A stretch of DNA of 64,000 nucleotides from Solirubrobacterales bacterium (GCA_027315115.1 DAHUYQ010000010.1:28679-92678); one strand, 5' to 3'; shown: positions 53,107-62,832, counted from the first letter of the stretch. Translations and numbers: made by a program. The notes: generated by a model from the sequence alone, not told the origin.

Positions 53107-55020
53107 ATGTTCAACGCCACTCTGCTCATATCAGTGCTCGCAACAGCGATGATCTACCTGTTTGCGACCTACGGGCTCGTGGTGACCTACAGGGTCGCGG
53201 GCGTCTTCAACTTCGCCCTGGGCTTCCAGGCGGCATTCTCGGCGTTCGTCTACTGGCAGATGGTCACGGGCTGGCACATCGACCGCTACCTGGCGGCCGC
53301 GCTGGTGGTGCTCGTGATCTCGCCGATCTTCGGCATCGCCGTCCAGCAGTCCCTCTTCCGCAGGCGGCGCGAGATCCTCTCGGCGATCATCATCACGCTC
53401 GGGCTCGGCACGGGCCTTGACGGACTGATCGGCGTGCTGTGGGGAGAGAGCGCCGAAGTGCGCACCGCGCCCTCGCTGTTCGGGCGCAAGTATTGGCACA
53501 TCGGCCACGCGGTGCTCACCGCCAACGAGGTCGGTGTGATGGCGATCGCGATCGTGGTGGGCCTGCTGGTCTGGCTTCTGATGAGCCGTAGCCGGCTCGG
53601 CCTTCAGATGCGCGCCGCGGTCGACGATCCGGAGCTGGCCGGCGCGACCGGCACCCCCTACGGCCGCGTGGGGTCCTCGGCCTGGATCATCGGGGTGATG
53701 CTCGCCTCGATCGCCGGCATCATGCTGGCCCCCGAAGTCAATCTCGAAGTCAACCTGCTCAACGCGCTTGTGGTCAACGCCTTCGCGGTGGTCGCCTTCA
53801 GCGGCATGACCAGCCTGCGGATGGCGGTGCTGGGCGCTCTGATCCTCGCCTACGCCCAGGCGCTGGTCCAGCGCTACCCGGAAGTCTTCTCCTTCGTCGG
53901 CGCCGGCGCGCCCGACGTTGTGCCGTTCGTGATGCTCGGGATCGTGCTGCTCGTGCACCCGGCGGCACGCCGCACGGTGCGCGTGGTGGGCGGCGGGATG
54001 CAGCGGCGGCTGCGCGAGCGCGCGTCCGGCAACTTCTCCTTCGCGCTGGTGCTCGGCGTGCTGCTCACGGTGGTGGCGCTGCTGCTCAACCAGTCGTGGG
54101 CGTTTGCCGCCGAGCTCTCCGCCTGCTACGCGCTGGCCGCGCTCTCGCTGGTCCTGCTCGTCGGCGCCTCGGGGCAGATCTCGCTGTGTCAGGTCTCGTT
54201 CATGGGCATCGGCGCGATAGTGCTTGGACAGCTCAGTTCCCTGCCCTGGGGTGTTGGGCTGATCATCGCGGTGGCGGCCGCGGCGGCCGCGGGCCTGCTG
54301 GTCTCTCTGACGGCGTTTCGCCTGCGCGGGCTGTTCCTGGCGCTCGTGACCTTCGCCTTCGCCTACGCGGTCAACGTGCTCCTGTTCGAAAACCCGCGCG
54401 TGATCAGCTTCGCCGGCCTGACCGTGGCGCGGCCGGCCTTCTTCGGCATCGACTTCGTCAACGAACGCAACTTCCTCATCCTGCTCACCGTGATCGTGCT
54501 CGTGGCGATCGCGATCGTCGGCACCATCCTGAAGGGGCCGTGGGGCAGGGCGCTGCAGACGCTCAGCGCCGGCGACTCCGTGGCCAGCGTGTCCGGGCTC
54601 TCGGTGCGCACGTGGAAGATGGTGGTGTTCACCGTCTCGGCGGGCATCGCGGGGCTGGCCGGCGCGCTGTTCGCGGCGGTCAACCAGACGGTGACGGGCA
54701 GCTCGTTCATCCCCGAGCAGTCTGTGTTCCTGCTGGTCTTCGTCGTGGTCGGCGGCGTGACCACGCCCGTCGGCGCTCTGATGGCCGGAGTGATCGCCGG
54801 GGCAAGCGGGCAGATCCTGCACCTGGTCGTGGCCAACCCCGGCTCGTGGTCGCTGGTGCTCTTCGGGGTGATGGCGATTCAGATGGCGATCCAGTACCCG
54901 GCCGGCTACGGCGGGATGCTGCCGCGCTCGCTGCCCGGCCTGGAGCGCCTCGGCGCCCGGCTGCGGACGCGCTTCCTCGAAAAGGAGCCGGTCCCACCGC
55001 TTGCGGGGAACACGCCATGA
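53107..55020 (+). CDS. Fused LivH-LivM-type ABC permease
   Basis: SRLGLQMRAAVDD unit and GQISLCQ/GPWGRALQTL unit in one ORF. Confidence 0.88.
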   Translation: MFNATLLISVLATAMIYLFATYGLVVTYRVAGVFNFALGFQAAFSAFVYWQMVTGWHIDRYLAAALVVLVISPIFGIAVQQSLFRRRREILSAIIITLGLGTGLDGLIGVLWGESAEVRTAPSLFGRKYWHIGHAVLTANEVGVMAIAIVVGLLVWLLMSRSRLGLQMRAAVDDPELAGATGTPYGRVGSSAWIIGVMLASIAGIMLAPEVNLEVNLLNALVVNAFAVVAFSGMTSLRMAVLGALILAYAQALVQRYPEVFSFVGAGAPDVVPFVMLGIVLLVHPAARRTVRVVGGGMQRRLRERASGNFSFALVLGVLLTVVALLLNQSWAFAAELSACYALAALSLVLLVGASGQISLCQVSFMGIGAIVLGQLSSLPWGVGLIIAVAAAAAAGLLVSLTAFRLRGLFLALVTFAFAYAVNVLLFENPRVISFAGLTVARPAFFGIDFVNERNFLILLTVIVLVAIAIVGTILKGPWGRALQTLSAGDSVASVSGLSVRTWKMVVFTVSAGIAGLAGALFAAVNQTVTGSSFIPEQSVFLLVFVVVGGVTTPVGALMAGVIAGASGQILHLVVANPGSWSLVLFGVMAIQMAIQYPAGYGGMLPRSLPGLERLGARLRTRFLEKEPVPPLAGNTP

Positions 55021-55784
55021 GCGGGCCGGTGTTGCAGGCGCGCGACGTGACGCTGCGCTTCGGCGGCTTTGCCGCACTCGACAAATTCAACCTGGAGGTG
55101 CGGCCCGAAGAGGTGCACGGGCTGATCGGGCCAAACGGCGCGGGCAAGACCACCTCCTTCGACGTGATCACCGGCGTCTACCGCCCCAACGAGGGCTCCG
55201 TGCTGCTGGAGGGGCGGGACATCACGCGCTGGCGCTCGCACCGGCGCACGCGGGCCGGCATCGGCCGCTCCTTCCAGACGGTCGGGCTCGCGCCCGGACT
55301 GACCTCGCACGGCAACGTGCTGGCGACCGTGGAGGCCGTGCAGCGAGTGTGGGCGCCGTTCCCGGCTCCCGCCGCCAGGGCGCGCAGGCGCGCCGAAGCC
55401 GACGAGCTGCTCGCGTTCTTCGGGCTCCAGGACGTCGCCGACACGCAGGTCACCGAGCTTCCGCTCGGGCTCACCAAGCTGCTGGAGCTGGCCAAGGTCT
55501 TCGCCGGGCAGCCGAAGGTCGTGCTGCTGGACGAGCCGTTCGCGGGCCTCTCCACCGGTGAGGCGAGCGAGCGGGTGAAGCTGATCTCGGAGCGACGCAA
55601 GCAGGCCAGAACCGGTGTGGTCATCGTCGAGCACGACGTGCCGCTGCTGCTCGACCTGTGCGACACCCTGACAGTCCTGGATGCCGGCTCGGTCGCGGTC
55701 TCCGGCATCCCGCATGAGGTGATGTCCGACGCCGCCGTGCGGGAGGCATACATGGGCGAGGTAGTGGAGGAGGCGGGCGTATGA
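55017..55784 (+). CDS. ABC ATPase (LivG-like)
   Basis: GPNGAGKT, RSFQ, VLLDEPFAG, EHD. Confidence 0.92.
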   Translation: MSGPVLQARDVTLRFGGFAALDKFNLEVRPEEVHGLIGPNGAGKTTSFDVITGVYRPNEGSVLLEGRDITRWRSHRRTRAGIGRSFQTVGLAPGLTSHGNVLATVEAVQRVWAPFPAPAARARRRAEADELLAFFGLQDVADTQVTELPLGLTKLLELAKVFAGQPKVVLLDEPFAGLSTGEASERVKLISERRKQARTGVVIVEHDVPLLLDLCDTLTVLDAGSVAVSGIPHEVMSDAAVREAYMGEVVEEAGV

Positions 55785-56590
55785 GCGCGGGCTCCCAGCC
55801 GGACTCGCAGGGCGCGCAGTCGGTGCTGCAGGTCAGGGACCTCGAGGTCCACTACGGGCCGCTGACGGCGCTGCAGGCCACGAGCTTCGACGTCGCCGCC
55901 GGCGAGATCGTCGTGCTGCTCGGCGCAAACGGGGCGGGCAAGTCCTCGCTGCTGAAGGCGATCATGGGCCTGGAGCCGATCGCGGCGGGCACGGCGTCCT
56001 TCGACGGGCGCGACCTTGGCCGCCTGCCCTCCCACAGACGGGCGCGTCTCGGCATCGGTTATGTGCCCGAGGGGCGGGGCGTGTTCCCGACGATGAGCGT
56101 CGAGGAGAACATCTTCGTGGGACTGCGCAAGGACGGCGCACGGGAGAAGGTGCTGAGCACCGTCTTCGAGCTCTTCCCGGTGCTCTCCGAGCGCCGCCGC
56201 CAGGTCGCCGGCTCGATGTCCGGCGGTGAGCAGCAGATGCTCGCTCTGGCGCGCGCGCTGGCCGGCGAGCCGCGCCTACTGCTGATCGACGAGCTCTCGC
56301 TCGGGCTGGCGCCGAAGATAGTGGCGCGCCTGTTCGAGAAGGTCGCGCAGCTTCGCGACTCGGGCATCTCGATCCTGCTGGTGGAGCAGTTCGCACACGC
56401 GGCACTGCGCGTCGCCGATCGCAGCGGCGTGTTCGTGCGCGGCGAGATGACGGCGTTCGGCGCGGCCGCCGAGCTGGCGGCGCTGACACCCGCCCAACTG
56501 ACCGAAATGTACTTCGGAACCCGTGGTTCCAACGTTGCCAACGGCAGCGAGGCTGCGGCCAACTCGACAACGGAGGTGCAACAGCAATGA
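55781..56590 (+). CDS. ABC ATPase (LivF-like)
   Basis: GANGAGKS, MSGGEQQM, LLIDELSLGLAP. Confidence 0.92.
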   Translation: MSAGSQPDSQGAQSVLQVRDLEVHYGPLTALQATSFDVAAGEIVVLLGANGAGKSSLLKAIMGLEPIAAGTASFDGRDLGRLPSHRRARLGIGYVPEGRGVFPTMSVEENIFVGLRKDGAREKVLSTVFELFPVLSERRRQVAGSMSGGEQQMLALARALAGEPRLLLIDELSLGLAPKIVARLFEKVAQLRDSGISILLVEQFAHAALRVADRSGVFVRGEMTAFGAAAELAALTPAQLTEMYFGTRGSNVANGSEAAANSTTEVQQQ

Positions 56591-57594
56591 GCGTTGTGGC
56601 CAAGACGCCGTCGCTCGTAGGGATGTACGAGTCGATCAAGCGCATTCGCGAGTTCGAGGAGACCGCGATCTCACTCTTCCAGGACGGGATCGTCCCGGGC
56701 TTCACCCACACCTACATCGGCCAGGAGGCCGTCGCGGTCGGTGTCTGCTCCGCGCTCACGCCCGGCGATCGCGTGGCATCCAACCACCGCGGCCACGGGC
56801 ACATCATCGCCCGCGGCGCCGACACCTCGCGGATGCTGGCCGAGATCCTCGGCAAGAAGGACGGATACCTGCAGGGGATGGGGGGCGAGCTCCACATCAT
56901 GGATGCGAGCATCAACATCATCGGCGCCAACGGGATCGTCGGAGCCGGCATCCCGATCGCGGTCGGCGCGGCCCTCTCAGACCAGATGCAGGGCAACGAC
57001 AACGTGACCGTGAGCTTCTTCGGCGACGGCGCCACCAGCGAGGGTTACTTCGCGGAGGCGATGAACCTCGCTGCGATCTGGCGCCTTCCGATCGTCTTCG
57101 TCTGCGAGAACAACATGTACGGGGAGTTCACTCCTGCCGCCGAGGTCTGCGCCGGCGTCATCTACAAGCGCGCGGAGGGCTATGGGATTCCGGGCGTCGA
57201 GGTGGACGGACAGGACGTGGTCGCGGTGCGCGACTGCGCGCTGGAGGCAGTGGAGCGCGCGCGCAGCGGCGGCGGCCCCACGCTGATAGAGGCCAAGACG
57301 TACCGCTGGTACGGCCACTTCTACGGCGAGGAGGCGATGATCGGCAGCTACTCCTACCGCAGCAACGAGGAGATCGCGGACTGGAAGCAGAACCGCGATC
57401 CGGTCACGCTCACGCGCCAGCGCGTGCTCGACGAGGGCATTGCCGAGGAGGCCGAGCTGGCCCGCGTCGACCAGGCGATCGCGGAGGAGATGAAGCGGGC
57501 CTCGGAGTTCGCCCAAAGCTCGCCGCTGCCGCCCGCGGAGCAGGCGCTCGACTTCATCTTCGCCGAGCCCGTCTACGGGCCCGCACAGGCCTGA
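56587..57594 (+). CDS. TPP-dependent dehydrogenase E1 alpha (AcoA/PdhA-like)
   Basis: HRGHGH, FFGDGA...VCENN TPP motif, TYRWYGH. Confidence 0.93.
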   Translation: MSVVAKTPSLVGMYESIKRIREFEETAISLFQDGIVPGFTHTYIGQEAVAVGVCSALTPGDRVASNHRGHGHIIARGADTSRMLAEILGKKDGYLQGMGGELHIMDASINIIGANGIVGAGIPIAVGAALSDQMQGNDNVTVSFFGDGATSEGYFAEAMNLAAIWRLPIVFVCENNMYGEFTPAAEVCAGVIYKRAEGYGIPGVEVDGQDVVAVRDCALEAVERARSGGGPTLIEAKTYRWYGHFYGEEAMIGSYSYRSNEEIADWKQNRDPVTLTRQRVLDEGIAEEAELARVDQAIAEEMKRASEFAQSSPLPPAEQALDFIFAEPVYGPAQA

Positions 57595-57610
57595 AAGGAC
57601 CAAGCTGAAA

Positions 57611-58597
57611 ATGCCACGCAACATCACCTACATCCAGGCGCTCAAAGAGGCCATCGACGAGGAGATGGCTCGCGACGAGTCCGTCTTCGTAATGGGCGAG
57701 GACGTCGTCGTGGGGACCTTTGGCGTCACCACCGGACTGGCGGACACATACGGCACCAGCCGAATCCGCAACACGCCGATCTCCGAGGCGGGATTCGTGG
57801 GCGCCGGCCTCGGCGCCGCGATCGCCGGGTCGCGGCCGATCGTGGAGGTCGAGTTCGCGAGCATGGTCTACATGTGCTTCGACCAGCTCGTCAACCAGAT
57901 CGCCAAGACCCGTTACATGAGCGGCAACCAGGCGCACGCGCCGTTGACGATTCGCACCGCGGTGGCGATGGGACTCTCCGCCGGCGCCCAGCACTCCGAC
58001 ACGCCGCACGCGCTGTTCATGCACATGCCGGGCCTCAAGGTCGTCGTGCCCTCCGGGCCGCGCGACGCGAAGGGTCTGCTCAAGACGGCGATCCGCGACG
58101 ACGACCCGGTCATCTTCCTGGAGAACATGGTGCTCGCCGCCAGCAAGGGCGAGGTGCCCGACGAGGAGGAGCTGATCCCCTTCGGCCAGGCCAACCTCGT
58201 GCGCGAAGGCCAGGATCTGACGATCGTGGCGCTCGGATCGGCGCTGCCGCCGGCGCTCGCCGCCGCCGACGCGCTGATCGCGGAGGGCGTCTCGGTCGAG
58301 CTGCTGGACCCGCGCACGCTGGTGCCGATGGACTGGAAGGCGCTGTTCGCCTCCGCGCGCAAGACCGGCCGCGTGGTGGTGGTCGACGACGCCACGCCCT
58401 ACTGCTCGTTCGCAAGCGAGGCGTGCGCGGCGATCGCCGAGTACTGCTTCGACGATCTCAAGGCGGCGCCCCGCCGCGTCACGCGCGAGAACACGCCGGT
58501 GCCGTTCTCGCCCCCGATGGAGCAGCACATCCTGATCAACCAGGAAAAGGTGGAGAACGCCTGCCGCGGGCTGCTCTCGCTTGAGGCCGCTCGATGA
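57611..58597 (+). CDS. TPP-dependent dehydrogenase E1 beta
   Basis: MGEDV, NTPISE, AQHS, DDPVIFLE. Confidence 0.93.
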   Translation: MPRNITYIQALKEAIDEEMARDESVFVMGEDVVVGTFGVTTGLADTYGTSRIRNTPISEAGFVGAGLGAAIAGSRPIVEVEFASMVYMCFDQLVNQIAKTRYMSGNQAHAPLTIRTAVAMGLSAGAQHSDTPHALFMHMPGLKVVVPSGPRDAKGLLKTAIRDDDPVIFLENMVLAASKGEVPDEEELIPFGQANLVREGQDLTIVALGSALPPALAAADALIAEGVSVELLDPRTLVPMDWKALFASARKTGRVVVVDDATPYCSFASEACAAIAEYCFDDLKAAPRRVTRENTPVPFSPPMEQHILINQEKVENACRGLLSLEAAR

Positions 58598-58833
58598 GGC
58601 GCGAGGTGAAGATCCCCAAGTGGGGGCTGACGATCGAGAAAATGACCATCCTCTCCTGGCTCGTCAAGGTCGGGGACGAGGTGAAGAAGGGCGACGCGCT
58701 CTGCGAGGTCGACACCGACAAGGCGCAGACCGATCTCGAATCGCCCGCGGACGGGCGCGTGGTCGAGCTGTCCGTGCAGGAGGGCGACGAGTGCACGGTC
58801 GGCCAGACGATCGCGGTGCTGGAGACCGAGTGA
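58594..58833 (+). CDS. Stand-alone lipoyl domain
   Basis: 79 aa, EVDTDKA lipoylation motif; stop immediately after the domain. Confidence 0.9.
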   Translation: MRREVKIPKWGLTIEKMTILSWLVKVGDEVKKGDALCEVDTDKAQTDLESPADGRVVELSVQEGDECTVGQTIAVLETE

Positions 58834-58873
58834 GCGGCGCCCATCCCAGAGCTCAACGACCAACGAGGTGACC

Positions 58874-59698
58874 ATGGAGAAGCGATTCGAGGGCAAGGTT
58901 GCGTTCATCACAGGCGCGGCGCGCGGCCAGGGCCGCTCGCACGCGCTGAACTTCGCGCGTGAAGGAGCCGCCGTCGCGGTGTCCGACATCTGCGCCGATG
59001 TCGCGACCGTGCCCTACGGCCTGAGCAAAGACGGCGACCTGGAGGAGACGGTCCGCCTCTGCGAAGCGGAGGGCGTGCGCGCGATCTCCGCGCGCGTGGA
59101 CGTGCGCGACTACGAGCAGGTGGCGGCCTTCGCCGCGCGCACGCGCGAGGAGCTCGGTGAGATCGACGTGCTCGTCGCGAACGCGGGGATCTTCACCTTC
59201 GGAACGCTCACCGAGATGAGCTCAGAGCAGTTCGACGACATGATCGACACGAACCTGAAGGGCACCTGGCACACCGTCAAGGCGGTGGTGCCCGGCATGG
59301 CGGAGCGCAAATACGGGCGGGTCGTGATCATCGGCTCCTCGGCCTCGCTGATCGGGTATCCGAACGTCGGTCACTACGTGGCCAGCAAGCACGCCGTCTG
59401 GGGGCTGACCAAGAGCCTCGCCCTGGAGCAGGCCCCGAACAAGGTCACAGTGAACTGCGTCTGCCCGACGGGGGTGCACACGACCATGCTGGAAAACGAG
59501 GCGGCCTACGCCCTGATGAACCCGGAGAACCCCACGCTCGAAGGCGCGCTGCCGGCGCTGGCGTCGTTGAACCCGCTCGGCGATCCGTGGCTGGAGCCCG
59601 AAGACGTCTCGCGCATGGTCCTCTTCCTGGCCTCCGACGAAGCGCACTACATCACCGGCGCGGAGTTCAAGGTGGACATGGGGCTGACGGCGCCGTGA
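58874..59698 (+). CDS. Mycofactocin-coupled SDR oxidoreductase
   Basis: ITGAARGQGRSHA, VATVPYGLSKDGDLEET insertion, HYVASKH, CPTGVHT. Confidence 0.92.
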   Translation: MEKRFEGKVAFITGAARGQGRSHALNFAREGAAVAVSDICADVATVPYGLSKDGDLEETVRLCEAEGVRAISARVDVRDYEQVAAFAARTREELGEIDVLVANAGIFTFGTLTEMSSEQFDDMIDTNLKGTWHTVKAVVPGMAERKYGRVVIIGSSASLIGYPNVGHYVASKHAVWGLTKSLALEQAPNKVTVNCVCPTGVHTTMLENEAAYALMNPENPTLEGALPALASLNPLGDPWLEPEDVSRMVLFLASDEAHYITGAEFKVDMGLTAP

Positions 59699-59737
59699 GC
59701 GGATCGTGCAAGTCAAATCGATCGGGAGGCCAATGAG

Positions 59738-60106
59738 ATGAAGCGCACCGTTCTGCACGTCTTCGACGAGGGCGAGAAGACCCGTTTCAGGGATGGCGAG
59801 GTCGAGCTCGCCGCGATCGAGGGCGTCTCGCCCGGGGGCGTCTTCGACGCCGCGTCGCTCGGTGAGGGCGCGGTCGCGCTGGCGGTCTTCGCGGCGGGCT
59901 TCAACTGCGGCTTTCACAACAGCCCGGCGCCGACGTGGATGTTCATGATGACCGGCGAGATGGAGTTGGAGGTCAGCGACGGCGAGAGCCGCAGGATCGC
60001 CGCCGGGGACCTGGTGCACTTCGCCGACGCGAGCGGCCAGGGCCACCGCTCGCGGGTGCTCGGCGACCAGGACGTCGTGGTGGCCACCGCAGGGTTCGCG
60101 CCCTGA
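59738..60106 (+). CDS. Cupin-domain protein
   Basis: FHNSPAPTW.F.MTGEMELEVSDG, DASGQGHRS. Confidence 0.85.
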   Translation: MKRTVLHVFDEGEKTRFRDGEVELAAIEGVSPGGVFDAASLGEGAVALAVFAAGFNCGFHNSPAPTWMFMMTGEMELEVSDGESRRIAAGDLVHFADASGQGHRSRVLGDQDVVVATAGFAP

Positions 60107-60148
60107 GAACCAGACCGCGCGTCATTCGGGCGCGCGTAAAGGAGGAGC

Positions 60149-61396
60149 ATGCTTTTCAACCGGCCTCGCGCCCATGAGAAGATGGAGCAGTACGGCGTGG
60201 ACGCCATCGTGGGCGCCACGCCGAGGAACTTCTACTACGCCTCCGAGTACTGGACGACGGTGGCGAAATGGGGCCATCAGGAGAACATCTTCGCCGCGAT
60301 CGTGCCGCACGACGAGAGCGTCGAGGCGCAGATGGTGATACCCGAGGGCTTCTTCGGGAACATCTTCTTCTATCCGACTTGGATACCGAAGGTGCGCCCG
60401 GTGGAGATGATGAACACCTCCGTGATCGCGCACGAGCCCGAGGAGGTGCGGCTGGAGCCCTTCCAGTCCGATGCGGAGGCCGCCTACGCGCAGCGCGTGG
60501 TGGCGCCGCTGGCCGAGAGCCTGATCGAGGGCATCGTCGAGGGTCTGATGGACATGGGCCTGGCCTCCGCGCGGGTCGCCTTCGACGATCTGAGGATCGC
60601 CGGATACGTGAAGGCGAGGCTTGACGCGCTGCAGGTGGTCGACGGCCACGACCTTTGGCTGGACATTCGCAAGGTCAAGACCCCGGAGGAGATCGAGCGG
60701 CTGCGGATCGGCGCGAGGATCAACCAGGACGCGATCGAGCACGTCATCCCGATGATCGAGCCGGGCGCAGTCTGGGGAGAGATCGCCGGCGCCTACTGCC
60801 AGTTCGTGCGCGACCACGACGCGGAGGTGATCGCGCCCGAGCGCGCGCTGCAGTTCGGCAGCCAGTACGAAGGCGAGTACTACCCGGACATGCTCTTCGG
60901 CGACGTCGATTGGCGTGTGCGCGAGGGCAAACCGATCATCTTCGAGAGCTGGGGCACCTACAAGGACTACCACTTCGACTTCTCCCGCACCGTGTTCGTG
61001 GGTGAGCCGAGCCGCGAGTACGTCGAGATGTGCGAGCGGATACATGCGGCCTGGCAGGAGGGCATCCAGAGCAAGCTGCGTCCTGGCATCAGCACGAGCG
61101 AGCTGTTCAAGAGCGGCATGGAGCTGCTCTACGACGCGGCCGACGTGCCCACGCCGAAGAAGACGCTGCCGTTCTTTCACAGCATCGGCCTTGACATCAT
61201 CGAGCACCCGAGCGGATATCCGGCATTCGGACGCCTGAAGCCGTGGGACATCGAGGAGAACACCGTCCTCAACTGTGAGTTCCTCTATTTCGGCCACACG
61301 CTCGACCCGTTCCACATCGAGAGCACGTTCGTGGTCACGGCCGACGGGGCCGAATGCTTCCAGACGATGCCCGAGAAGCTGCGGATACTGGTCTGA
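60149..61396 (+). CDS. M24 family hydrolase (Xaa-Pro peptidase/creatinase fold)
   Basis: KTPEEIERL, YHFDFSRT, HSIGL, NCE, HIE. Confidence 0.85.
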   Translation: MLFNRPRAHEKMEQYGVDAIVGATPRNFYYASEYWTTVAKWGHQENIFAAIVPHDESVEAQMVIPEGFFGNIFFYPTWIPKVRPVEMMNTSVIAHEPEEVRLEPFQSDAEAAYAQRVVAPLAESLIEGIVEGLMDMGLASARVAFDDLRIAGYVKARLDALQVVDGHDLWLDIRKVKTPEEIERLRIGARINQDAIEHVIPMIEPGAVWGEIAGAYCQFVRDHDAEVIAPERALQFGSQYEGEYYPDMLFGDVDWRVREGKPIIFESWGTYKDYHFDFSRTVFVGEPSREYVEMCERIHAAWQEGIQSKLRPGISTSELFKSGMELLYDAADVPTPKKTLPFFHSIGLDIIEHPSGYPAFGRLKPWDIEENTVLNCEFLYFGHTLDPFHIESTFVVTADGAECFQTMPEKLRILV

Positions 61397-61397
61397 T

Positions 61398-62084
61398 ATG
61401 AGCTCAGAGGAGAACGCACAACAGGACGAGGTCTCCACGCGCGTGCCGCTGTCGCGGATGCGACGTGCGATAGCCGCCTCGATGAACGTGAGCGCCCAGG
61501 TGCCGCAGTTCACGCTCGACCGAGCCGTCGGGCTGGCGCAGGCGGCCGCCCTGCGCGAGCGGCTGCGCGCCGGCGGCGCGGCCGCGTCCTGGGAAGACCT
61601 GCTGGTGGCCGCGTGCGCTCGGGCGCTGCGCGAGCACCCGTGGGTCAACGCGAGCTTCGACGATGACGGGATCGAGCTGCACTCCGGGATCAACATCGGC
61701 CTGGCGACCGCGTTGGAGGACGGGCTGGTCAGCCCCGCGGTGCTCGACGCGGACAAGCGCACGCTCGCCGAGCTCGGCGAGGCGCGGCGTGAGCTCCGGG
61801 AGAAGGCGGCGAGCGGCGGCCTGCGCGGCGCCGTGCTCTTCGGCGCGACGTTCACGATCTCCAACCTCGGCCCGTATGGCATCGACCGCTTCAGGGCGCT
61901 GGTGATTCCCCCGCAGGCAGCGATCCTCGCCTGCGGGCGGATCATGGAGATCGACGGGGAGCCGAGCATGAGCCTCACGCTCTCCTGCGATCACCGCGTC
62001 CTGGATGGGGCGCCCGCGGCGCGCTTCCTGGCCAGCGTCTGCTCGCTGCTGAGCGAGCCAGCCTGGCTGCAGGAGCTGGCCTGA
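61398..62084 (+). CDS. 2-oxoacid dehydrogenase E2 acyltransferase, catalytic domain only
   Basis: Starts at PLSRMRRAIA; TFTISNLG, LSCDHRVLDG; no lipoyl or subunit-binding domain. Confidence 0.9.
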   Translation: MSSEENAQQDEVSTRVPLSRMRRAIAASMNVSAQVPQFTLDRAVGLAQAAALRERLRAGGAAASWEDLLVAACARALREHPWVNASFDDDGIELHSGINIGLATALEDGLVSPAVLDADKRTLAELGEARRELREKAASGGLRGAVLFGATFTISNLGPYGIDRFRALVIPPQAAILACGRIMEIDGEPSMSLTLSCDHRVLDGAPAARFLASVCSLLSEPAWLQELA

Positions 62085-62144
62085 TCGGGCGCGGGCCTCC
62101 GGCCGGGGCGCTGGCATCCCTCGGCGGCGCCCCGCCGCCTGCCC

Positions 62145-62651
62145 TCAGCCAAGCGCCTCTTCGCACTCCGGGGGATCGTGGGCGCCGCACTCGGCATCCG
62201 GGCACTCGTGTGCCGGAAGCTGGTCCCCAGCCGCCCGCAGCAGGAGGGCGTGGAGGGTGTCGCGCTCCTCTTCGCTGAGCGCTCCGAGCACGCGGTCCTC
62301 GACGCAGGCCAGCCGCTGCTCGGTGTCCTGCAGCGCCGCGTGCCCGTCGTGTGCGAGCTGCACGATGTGGCGGCGCCTGTCGCTCGGGTCTCGCGTGCGG
62401 CTGATCAGATGACGCTGCTCGAGCTCGTTGAGCAGGCCGACGAGGTTGCTGGGGTCCAGGCGTAGCGCCTCCGCGAGGCCCTGCTGGCCGACCGCGCCGT
62501 GGTCGCGCAGCAGAGTGAGCGCTACGAGGTGCCTGGGACGCAGCCCGCCGCCGTCGAGCACGGCGTCGGCCTCCCGGCGCGCAACTCGTGAGAGGTGGTT
62601 GAGCAGCGCGAGTGACTGATGCGCCGCGGCCTGCTTGGCGGTCGTGGCCAT
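62145..62651 (-). CDS. MarR-family regulator
   Basis: QQGLAEALRLDPSNLVGLLNELE..LISR.RDPSDRRRH. Confidence 0.93.
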   Translation of the reverse strand: MATTAKQAAAHQSLALLNHLSRVARREADAVLDGGGLRPRHLVALTLLRDHGAVGQQGLAEALRLDPSNLVGLLNELEQRHLISRTRDPSDRRRHIVQLAHDGHAALQDTEQRLACVEDRVLGALSEEERDTLHALLLRAAGDQLPAHECPDAECGAHDPPECEEALG

Positions 62652-62733
62652 GAGGCAATGGTAGTGGCGCCGGGGAGCGTCGCAACGTCCGGCGCGGCCG
62701 CCGCGACCGGCGACCGGCCACGGAGCCAGCCGC

Positions 62734-62762
62734 TTGCTAGCTTACCAAACGATCGGTAGATT
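62734..62762 (+). promoter_or_regulatory. Promoter with a palindromic operator in the spacer
   Basis: TTGCTA-N17-TAGATT enclosing ACCAA-acga-TCGGT (62744-62757). Confidence 0.55.
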
Positions 62763-62832
62763 ACGGGTGACCCCCGCCTTCAGGGACGAATCTCAGCCGG
62801 CGGCTGCCGGCGCAACGAAAGGGAGCGCATAG

